Part shown: positions 1 through 6,166 of the stretch, piece by piece
Numbering within the stretch: position 1 is the first letter of the stretch
Layout: each line of letters starts with the position of its first letter
Source: Ktedonobacterales bacterium
Lineage (GTDB): Bacteria; Chloroflexota; Ktedonobacteria; Ktedonobacterales; JADMIN01
Length of the DNA: 32,000 nucleotides
Assembly: GCA_030167145.1 (NCBI GenBank)
Contig: CP126532.1
Location: forward strand, 2,580,001 to 2,612,000
Direction: 5' to 3'
Notes under the pieces: model-generated
Told to the model about the DNA's origin: nothing
Databases searched by the model: none
Seen by the model: only the letters and a program-made list of their open reading frames with translations
Made by a program: the position numbers and the translations under genes

Positions 1-1
1 G

Positions 2-325
2 GGGAAGCGCGCCTGCCTCAGTCTCTGCCGCAGCCCGCACGCCTTCATTGCGGATAGCGGACCAGCGCCATCACACACGGCTTGGCGGCTCGGCATCTGG
101 CACGGAGCCGCCTCCGTCGGCTGTTGCTGGGCGCTGATGCTGGTCATGTTCGGCATCGGCGTCGGCAATCTCGTCTGGATGGCGGGCCTGACCTGCCTCA
201 TGGCCAGCGAGACAACCCTTCCCACGAATAGATGGATGAGCCGCGCTATCGGCATCACCTCACTCGTGCTCGCGCTGCTGTGGCTGGCGCATCCCGCCTG
301 GCTCGTGCCCGCCACCGTCTCCTGA
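2..325 (+). CDS. DUF2182-family predicted metal-binding integral membrane protein, C-terminal part (5' end outside window)
   Basis: The frame is open from base 2. Translation GKRACLSLCRSPHAFI...GIWHGAASVGCCWALMLVMFGIGVGNLVWMAGLTCLMASE shows the Cys-x3-Cys-RSP and GCCW-x-LM motifs plus hydrophobic helices that I associate with DUF2182. Stop at 323-325. Confidence 0.55.
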   Translation, partial: GKRACLSLCRSPHAFIADSGPAPSHTAWRLGIWHGAASVGCCWALMLVMFGIGVGNLVWMAGLTCLMASETTLPTNRWMSRAIGITSLVLALLWLAHPAWLVPATVS

Positions 326-335
326 TACCACCCGG

Positions 336-977
336 CTACGACGCCACCACATCGAACCGGCAGCGCGATGACGTGCCCCGCTCACAATGCTCGCAGACCG
401 CGACACCACTGATTGTGCTGATGAACATTTCCGTCATCCGGCACACCTCCGCATGGCCGTTGACCACCGCCGCGAGTGGGCAGCTAGCTCCGCGAATGGA
501 AAGCTGATTGTCCTCCTCCACGACCTCCGCCAGCCCGCCGAGTTCGTTCAGCGCCTCCGCCGCCACGACGAGACGGCTGCGTGTATCGCTGCCCTCCGTG
601 GCCGCGTCCATCTCATCGGCAATGCGCCGCCCCGCCTCACGCGCGGCGGCGTCGAGGTCGTCTTGTCCGAGCCGCTCACCAAGCACCGCCAGAAGTTGGC
701 GCAGCACGTGGTCGTAGGATTTCGGGAAGAGCAGATCCGCGTCCGCCGTCAGCCGGTATTCTTGCGACGGTTTGCGGCTGCCGCTGGTCCACCGCTGGCC
801 CGCCTCGCACACCAGCCCATCGCGTTCCAGCAGCACCAGTTGCGTGCGAATCGCGTTATTCGTCAGATCCAGCGCCTGCGCGAGATCGTCAACGGTGGCG
901 GCCTGGCGGCGAAGATACTGCAACATCCGGCCACGTGTCGTGGTGAAGAAACGCCGATCCCACGTGGTAGCCGGCAT
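336..977 (-). CDS. ArsR-type winged-helix transcriptional regulator with Cys-rich C-terminal domain
   Basis: MPATTWDRRFFTTTRGRMLQYLRRQAATVDDLAQALDLTNNAIRTQLVLLERDGLV is a typical ArsR/COG2345-like HTH. The C-terminal part has CPLAAV..HAEVC..CEHC..C. ATG at 977-975 is preceded by AAAGGAG. The longer track ORF start at 1070 lies upstream of that RBS and is rejected. Confidence 0.7.
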   Translation of the reverse strand: MPATTWDRRFFTTTRGRMLQYLRRQAATVDDLAQALDLTNNAIRTQLVLLERDGLVCEAGQRWTSGSRKPSQEYRLTADADLLFPKSYDHVLRQLLAVLGERLGQDDLDAAAREAGRRIADEMDAATEGSDTRSRLVVAAEALNELGGLAEVVEEDNQLSIRGASCPLAAVVNGHAEVCRMTEMFISTISGVAVCEHCERGTSSRCRFDVVAS

Positions 978-1036
978 GTCGCTCGCTCCTTTCGCTCTGC
1001 TCACCCATAGCTCGCCCGAGTCTCGCGCTCTTTTTG

Positions 1037-1066
1037 AGCATAGCCAGCCCCATTCGCTGATGTCAA
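1037..1066 (-). promoter_or_regulatory. Predicted sigma70-type promoter for the ArsR-type gene
   Basis: On the minus strand: TTGACA (1066-1061), an 18-nt spacer, then TATGCT (1042-1037), about 60 nt upstream of the ATG at 977. Confidence 0.4.
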
Positions 1067-1305
1067 GCAAATCAAGGAATTCATGCGAATGCTGTATCAG
1101 TGCGCTCTAGCCTCCACACTACGGCGTCCCTCCGCTGGGTCTCCACCTCGCGTTCCCAATCCCGCGTCCGTATCCGCCCCTCTTTGTCCGCATGTGCCCG
1201 TATCTGCCGCCTTGCCATACCCGAACATCAGTTCTACACTGCTCACTGGGGAACGGCAGACCAGATCACACAACTTCACACGATTCGCGAACGGAGACGA
1301 CCAGC

Positions 1306-2628
1306 ATGGGCAAGCGCAACAACGGCAACAACCGCAACAACCGCAACACTACAAAACATCACACTGGCAGCAATCCACTCCCCTCGCCTCGTAGGAGAGG
1401 GGCCGGGGGTGAGGTCTCTCTCTTTCCGCCCGGCGAGCCGCTGCGCCCCAGCGCTGGCCTCACCGGCGCGCAGGGCGAGCCGCGCCAGTGGGCCTATCCC
1501 GTCGGCTACAACATCGCCCAGCTTCCGCGCGCCACCGAACAAACCAGCTTCGCAGAGCTACGCAACCTCGCCGCCCTCTACGACGGAATCCAGCTCTGCG
1601 AGCGCGTCTACTTCGACCTCCTCGGGCGCCTCGAACCGCGTGTGCTGCCACGGCCAGACGCCCTCGCCCCAGGCGACACCGGCGCCGAGCCGCGCTGGCG
1701 CGAACCCGCCCGCCGCATCGAGGCCTTCCTCGAAAGCCCCGACCACGCCCAAGATCTGCGCTCCTGGCTCGTCGCCTTCGTCCGCGATCTGCTCGAAATT
1801 GACGCCGTCGCCATCTACACCCGGCGCACCCGCGGCGGCGCGCTTCACGCCCTCGAACTCGTCGCCGCCGACAGCATCAAGCCGCTCATCAACCCTGACG
1901 GGCGCACCCCACAGCCGCCACAGCCCGCCTATCAGCAATACCTCTACGGCGTGCCCGCTGGCTGGTACACCCGCGACGACCTCGACTACCTCCGCGAGAC
2001 CGCCCGCACCGACAGCCTCTACGGCCTCTCGCGCGTCGAGCGCATCATCCTGCGCGTCAACCAGGCGCTACGCAAACAAAGCTTCGATCTCGCCCGCTTC
2101 ACCGACGGCGCTACCCCGCTCGGCATCATCGAGCCGCCCACCACCCTCGCCTGGACCCCTGAACAGCTTGAAACCTTCGAGCGCGCCTTCAACGGCCTCC
2201 TCGCTGGCAACGACGCCTGGCGTGTCCGCGCCAAAACCCTCCCACCGGGCGCACACTGGCAGGCGCTCACCGGCGACGATCCGCTCATCGCATTCGACCG
2301 CTTCCTGCTCAACGTCACTGTCGCCGCCTTCGGCCTCACCATGGACGAACTCGGCTTCACCGACACCAGCAACCGCAGCACCGGCCAAACGCAAGAAAGC
2401 GTCGTCTATCGCCGCGCCGTCGCACCCGTCGCCGCCCTTGCCGCCAGTTACCTCACCCGCAAGATCCGCCACTGGCTCGACCCACGCTTCACCGTCACCT
2501 TCACCGGCCTCGAAGAACCCGACGACTTCGCCACCCGCGCCAACGCCTTCGCCCAGCTCATCCCCCTCGGCGTCGTCACCCCCACCACCGCCGCGCGGCT
2601 GCTCCATCTCCCCGCTCCCGGCGCCTAG
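1306..2628 (+). CDS. Phage portal-like protein (orphan), 440 aa
   Basis: Long high-GC3 ORF. The segments LYGLSRVERIILRVNQALRKQSFDLARFTDGATPLGIIEPP...WTPEQLETFERAFNGLLAG...FDRFLLNVTVAAFGLTMDELGF...STGQTQESVVYRR match the general pattern I know from HK97/SPP1-type portal proteins. ATG at 1306 follows GGAGA. The N-terminal ~60 codons are low complexity (NNGNNRNNRN) and run through a repeat element, so the start is uncertain. Confidence 0.55.
   Translation: MGKRNNGNNRNNRNTTKHHTGSNPLPSPRRRGAGGEVSLFPPGEPLRPSAGLTGAQGEPRQWAYPVGYNIAQLPRATEQTSFAELRNLAALYDGIQLCERVYFDLLGRLEPRVLPRPDALAPGDTGAEPRWREPARRIEAFLESPDHAQDLRSWLVAFVRDLLEIDAVAIYTRRTRGGALHALELVAADSIKPLINPDGRTPQPPQPAYQQYLYGVPAGWYTRDDLDYLRETARTDSLYGLSRVERIILRVNQALRKQSFDLARFTDGATPLGIIEPPTTLAWTPEQLETFERAFNGLLAGNDAWRVRAKTLPPGAHWQALTGDDPLIAFDRFLLNVTVAAFGLTMDELGFTDTSNRSTGQTQESVVYRRAVAPVAALAASYLTRKIRHWLDPRFTVTFTGLEEPDDFATRANAFAQLIPLGVVTPTTAARLLHLPAPGA
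1378..1420. repeat. C-rich/G-rich hairpin element followed by GGGGGTGAG (copy 1)
   Basis: ctCCCCTCgcctcgtagGAGAGGGGccgggggtgaggtctctc. The same architecture occurs in reverse orientation at 29071-29120. Confidence 0.5.
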
Positions 2629-2695
2629 CCCGTGCGCACCTCCACTGCCCACCACCCCATTCGCCCCACTGTGCCGCTGGCATCCCGCCAGCCCT

Positions 2696-3270
2696 TCAGT
2701 GGGGCGGACATTCTTGTCTGCCCTCCATCTCTGTGGTGGGGCGGACATTCTTGTCTGCTCATGGCCGCGAAATCGGCAGAATCGGCAACTGCTCATCACA
2801 CACATGCGCGCGAAAATCGGCAGAATCGGCAACTGCCCTTCGTGTGTACAACACACAATTGCGGCGAAAACGGCGAAAATCTATCTGCCACCACCCATCT
2901 CTACCTCCACGATCCGCTCTGCATCGGATTACCCTCGGCTCTTCAGGCCGAGAACCCGCTTTACCACCCAGCTCGCTCTACGCGCAAATCAAAATATCGG
3001 CCATTTCGGCCACTGCCTGTGAGGAGGCAAGCCGTGCGCCATCTCAACCGAAAAATCGGCAGAATCGGCAACTCTGGCAACTGGTGGGACAGACATTCTT
3101 GTCTGTCCGCAATCGAAATACCGGCCACTCCGGCCATCGGCGATTTTGTGCAACTTCCAAATTTCGGCAGAATCGGCAACTGCCATTGCGTGCAACCTGG
3201 ACATTCATGCCCATCCCACCTGTGCTCCGGCCACTTATGGCCGAGAGCGCGGCCATTTCGGCCACTACCC
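2696..3270. repeat. Non-coding repeat cluster R1: 9-bp-periodic direct-repeat dimers plus three copies of a GACATTCTTGTC hairpin
   Basis: AAATCGGCAGAATCGGCAACTGC occurs at 2771-2793, 2815-2837, 3054-3076 and 3161-3183. ATCGGCCATTTCGGCCACTRC occurs at 2996-3017 and 3251-3269. CCGGCCACTCCGGCCATCGG occurs at 3122-3141. Hairpins GGGCGGACA-TTCT-TGTCTGCCC lie at 2703-2724, 2740-2761 and 3088-3109. The ORFs across this tract are repeat artefacts. Confidence 0.8.
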
Positions 3271-3284
3271 ACCGCCCACCTCAC

Positions 3285-3560
3285 TTATCCACATCTTGGC
3301 GACTTATCCACAATCCCTGTGGACACCCACCCGCCCGCTTATGTAGACCTCATTCCCACAAAAGTCCGGGGAAGTGTGACCGCTCCAGCGTGGATAAACA
3401 CCCGATTTCTGTGGACAAGTACCCCTGATTGTGCAAAACTCCGCCAATTTCGTAGAACAAGAGTTCCTCTGCCGTATCGCCTCTCGCGGCGCATTTTCGG
3501 TGGATAACCCGGTGGATAAATGGTGCCGAATGTGGATAACTCACACCCACCCGTGGACAG
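3285..3560. promoter_or_regulatory. DnaA-box cluster 1 (9 boxes in 276 bp)
   Basis: Perfect TTATCCACA at 3285-3293 and 3304-3312. Perfect complement TGTGGATAA at 3531-3539. Boxes with 1-2 mismatches: TGTGGACAC 3318-3326, CGTGGATAA 3389-3397, TGTGGACAA 3410-3418, GGTGGATAA 3499-3507 and 3511-3519, CGTGGACAG 3552-3560. Confidence 0.8.
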
Positions 3561-3578
3561 CCAGACTTCCCTACTTGC

Positions 3579-3959
3579 TCATCCACCGAACGAAGCGGCG
3601 GCCTCCGCGATCAGCACGGAGACAGCAGAGAGATCAAACGGAACGCCAAGCACCGCTACCGCAAGTTCCTCAAGCAACGCCCGCTCCTCCTCACGCGGTG
3701 AACTGTAGTAGATGGCAATGTAGCGATGCTCCCCATAGCGCACGTGGTCCGCCGCGAGGGCAGCAAGGGTATGTTTCAGGGTGAATTGCAAGGCGCCGCT
3801 GTCCAGAATAGTTACGATGGGGTGCAGGCTCGAGCGCAGCGCCATCAAAGCCGCCTCTGCGGACTGGGCGACGGTGACCGAATGCCCCTCATCAACACAC
3901 GACATTTCGAGCACATTCGTCATGGCTTCATCGTCGCTATAGATCAGCACATGCGCCAT
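3579..3959 (-). CDS. Stand-alone receiver (REC/CheY-like) domain protein, degenerate
   Basis: MAHVLIYSDDEAMTNVLEMSCVDEGHSVTVAQSAEAALMALRSSLHPIVTILD follows the REC beta1-alpha1-beta2-alpha2-beta3 pattern, with the acidic pair (DDE) and an Asp at the phospho-acceptor position (ILD). The conserved Lys-Pro is replaced by Val-Pro (LGVPFD). ATG at 3959 is preceded by GAGGAGGG. The track start at 3983 would include that RBS. Confidence 0.5.
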   Translation of the reverse strand: MAHVLIYSDDEAMTNVLEMSCVDEGHSVTVAQSAEAALMALRSSLHPIVTILDSGALQFTLKHTLAALAADHVRYGEHRYIAIYYSSPREEERALLEELAVAVLGVPFDLSAVSVLIAEAAASFGG

Positions 3960-4007
3960 CGCATCTACCCTCCTCACCCACACCTATGCGGCTTTCCTCC
4001 CTACACC

Positions 4008-4481
4008 CTACATCGGCGTCCCACCGGTCGGGCCACCGCCCGTCGCCGCGCCCGCCACTGGCACATCATGCACCCGGAAGGGCCAGCGCTTCGCCGCCTC
4101 ATCCCCATCAATCGAAGCCACCACCCGATAGCCGCCCGCGTGCGGAAACGGCACATCCAGCGGAAACCCCAGCATCACCGGCTGCGCCGCGCCCTGCGGC
4201 AACTGCGGAGGACGCCCCACATTGATATGTCCCTCGATCTTCACCAACGGATTCCCATCCTCATCCTCGATCAACACCGTCAGCACGTGCGGGCGATTCG
4301 TCTCATTCCACGGCACGAACACGCACACCCCAATGCCCAGGTGGCTTGGCAGCGGTGCGCCGCCTGGCGGCAAAGGCCGCCGGTGATCCGTCCATCCCCC
4401 ACCGCTCACATACAGCAATCCATTGACCACCTCGACATGATTCGCCAGCACCAGCGAATCTACCGTCACCGTATCCGTCAT
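4008..4481 (-). CDS. Hypothetical protein, 157 aa (conserved-looking, beta-rich, Gly/Pro tail)
   Basis: MTDTVTVDSLVLANHVEVVNGLLYVSGGGW...GYRVVASIDGDEAAKRWPFRVHDV. ATG at 4481 is preceded by GGGAGG at 8 nt. High GC3. It lies 48 bp upstream of the REC-like gene on the same strand. I cannot name the family with confidence. Confidence 0.5.
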   Translation of the reverse strand: MTDTVTVDSLVLANHVEVVNGLLYVSGGGWTDHRRPLPPGGAPLPSHLGIGVCVFVPWNETNRPHVLTVLIEDEDGNPLVKIEGHINVGRPPQLPQGAAQPVMLGFPLDVPFPHAGGYRVVASIDGDEAAKRWPFRVHDVPVAGAATGGGPTGGTPM

Positions 4482-4667
4482 CACCTGCGCCTCCCGCGCG
4501 CCGCACACGCGCCCGTTCTCACTCGCTCGCTCGTTGCCCCATTTCATTGCCCCCATTAACGCACATCTCAGCACGTAAGCAGGCACAGACCGCGACATCA
4601 CCCCACAGGCGCACAGACATAGACCAAACCACCGCCCACACTCAGCAAAATAGCCAGCCAACACGCA

Positions 4668-4697
4668 TTGACAAGCAACGCATATTCAGCATAGGAT
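4668..4697 (+). promoter_or_regulatory. Predicted sigma70-type promoter for the 4745 gene
   Basis: TTGACA at 4668-4673, an 18-nt spacer, then TAGGAT at 4692-4697. Confidence 0.4.
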
Positions 4698-4744
4698 GTG
4701 CGTCATGATTGTATCGTGCCAAGATGGAAAAGGAGCGGCATACC

Positions 4745-5254
4745 ATGTGGCAACCTGACTCACTTTCCCCGTATGCGGAAGTCCCCGCGCCTCCACGGCG
4801 TCCACACGCGCGCCGCCGCCTGCGCGGCGTAGTCCTTGCCTTTCTTGGCCTCATCGTTCTCGGCGGCGCGGTCGGCGTCGGTTTCGTGCTCTCGCGCCCC
4901 CTTCTGCGGCACAACCTGCCCGACAACGTCCCCCTTCTCGCCAACACCAGCTTCGTCACCTACACCGATACCCACCAATCCGGCTTGCACGAACAATACT
5001 GGTATTACACCGTCTCCAATAGCACCCTTCAGCAAGTCACGAGTTACTACGTTACCCAACTGTCCGTGAATGACTGGCAGAACGTGAACATTACCAACGT
5101 CGCCGTCACCCCCAACATCACCGCCACCAGGGACGACGGCGCCACCACCATCTACATCCTCGCCAGCCAGCAACCCCTCACTGCCCAGGGCATCACCGTC
5201 ACCCCGCCCGCCGGCGGCATCGCCCTGGAGATCGCCATCGTCACCAAGACCTGA
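4745..5254 (+). CDS. Single-pass membrane protein, hypothetical (169 aa)
   Basis: MWQPDSLSPYAEVPAPPRRPHARRRLRGVVLAFLGLIVLGGAVGVGFVL has a basic stretch followed by one TM helix, then an extracytoplasmic domain. GGAG at 4732-4735 lies 9 nt before the ATG at 4745. The track start at 4709 is a TTG. Confidence 0.55.
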   Translation: MWQPDSLSPYAEVPAPPRRPHARRRLRGVVLAFLGLIVLGGAVGVGFVLSRPLLRHNLPDNVPLLANTSFVTYTDTHQSGLHEQYWYYTVSNSTLQQVTSYYVTQLSVNDWQNVNITNVAVTPNITATRDDGATTIYILASQQPLTAQGITVTPPAGGIALEIAIVTKT

Positions 5255-5308
5255 TACGCGGTAGTACGCGACAGTACGCGACAGCACACTGTCACATTCC
5301 CTTGTCAA

Positions 5309-5682
5309 CTATCCACAATCCTGTGGATAGCACTGTAGATACCTGGTCGAAAACGCGCGTCAGTGCTAGAGCGCTATCCACATGCCAGTAGATAACCCGG
5401 TGGATGCCGCTGTGGACGGCCTGGGGACGGTGTGGAAACTCTCAAGTCCCATCCACCAGCCGTGTGGATGGCGTCGTGGACAGCCTGGGGACGATGTGGA
5501 GAAGCTGAAACACTTGTCCACATCCATCCACCAGCGGCCTCCAGTTATCCGAGCGATACACCAGCGTCATCCACAATCCACAGCCTGTTTCCACATCGTG
5601 GATAATCCATACAACTCTAGGATTGATGCGACCTTGCACCGCCAATTTTTGCCGGTGGCGTTAGTTATCCCCGCCATCCACA
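5309..5682. promoter_or_regulatory. DnaA-box cluster 2 (at least 12 good boxes plus weaker ones in 374 bp)
   Basis: CTATCCACA 5309-5317 and TGTGGATAG 5322-5330 form a perfect palindromic pair. Further boxes: CTATCCACA 5374-5382, TGTGGACGG 5411-5419, TGTGGAAAC 5431-5439, TGTGGATGG 5463-5471, CGTGGACAG 5475-5483, TGTGGAGAA 5495-5503, TTGTCCACA 5514-5522, TCATCCACA 5567-5575, CGTGGATAA 5597-5605, CCATCCACA 5674-5682. Weaker TGTGGAAA-type sites continue to about 5860. Confidence 0.8.
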
Positions 5683-6137
5683 CCCCCTATGACGATCTGC
5701 TACGGTTTCTCTCCTCTTCTTCAATTAAATGAAAGAGATGGGTATCTTCCACATACCTGTGTTCACATTAGCATTGCCATGTGGAAAGTTCGCGTTGCTC
5801 GATCTTGCTCCGGTAGATGCCACCACACGTTGCGTGGAAACAACGTTCCCACGGCCTATCCCCCAAAGACATGCAGTGTTCCTGCTGCCCAAAAGGGGCA
5901 TACCCGCATACGACGTAGCCAAAACATGGTACAGTTCGTTTGAACTCCATGAAGCATTCTTGACGCGCTGATGGCCGCAATGGTGGATGGGCGAAAAATG
6001 GATGGGGCGGCCATTCAGAGCGCCACAAGGGCAAGAGTCATGCAGCGTGAGAGTTCGCGGATGAGCTGCTTCAGGTGGTAGCGCGGTATGCAATGTGCGA
6101 ATTGCGCGAGCATGGCAGGGCGAGAGCGTATCCCCGT

Positions 6138-6166
6138 TTGACACAAGCCGATACGCATGCTATGCT
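6138..6166 (+). promoter_or_regulatory. Near-consensus sigma70 promoter with extended -10
   Basis: TTGACA at 6138-6143, a 17-nt spacer ending in TGC, then TATGCT at 6161-6166. No convincing ORF follows for about 770 nt, until the rho start at 6942. Confidence 0.5.

Noticed and set aside
1100-3022. 640-aa ORF in the track (Ser/Pro/Ala/Thr-rich), plus many other long ORFs overlapping real genes. Examples: 7393-8484(+), 7980-9035(-), 15439-16485(+), 18620-19588(+), 21826-22794(-), 26446-27786(-), 27618-28454(+), 29167-29994(-).
   Set aside because: These are alternative or antisense frames of clearly identifiable genes (portal-like, rho, MutS-like, methyltransferase, FAD dehydrogenase, P450, M20, IS982 transposase). 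Their composition is Arg/Ala/Pro/Ser-rich low complexity, typical of stop-codon-poor shadow frames in high-GC DNA. None shows a family signature.
2696-3270. Possible CRISPR array
   Set aside because: The repeat units are 9-23 bp, not 24-48 bp. Spacing is irregular, repeats are degenerate and sometimes contiguous, and there are no cas genes or leader in the window.
2632-3507. ORFs of 291 aa and 231 aa (2733-3428) with reiterated IGRIGNC / SAESATA peptides
   Set aside because: They exist only because the 9-bp DNA repeats lack stops. The same repeats are read in different frames in different copies, there is no RBS, and there is no protein-like composition.
5382-5732. 116-aa ORF rich in PVD/VDN/HQ motifs
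   Set aside because: It is an artefact of translating tandem DnaA boxes (GTGGATAAC -> VDN, etc.). It has no RBS and poor coding statistics.
5683-5760. DnaA-trio motif or a clear 13-mer-type DNA unwinding element next to the box clusters
   Set aside because: I could not find a run of at least three 5'-TAG/TAA-type trios adjacent to a terminal box, and the AT-rich stretch is only about 20 bp. The origin call therefore remains a hypothesis resting on box density.
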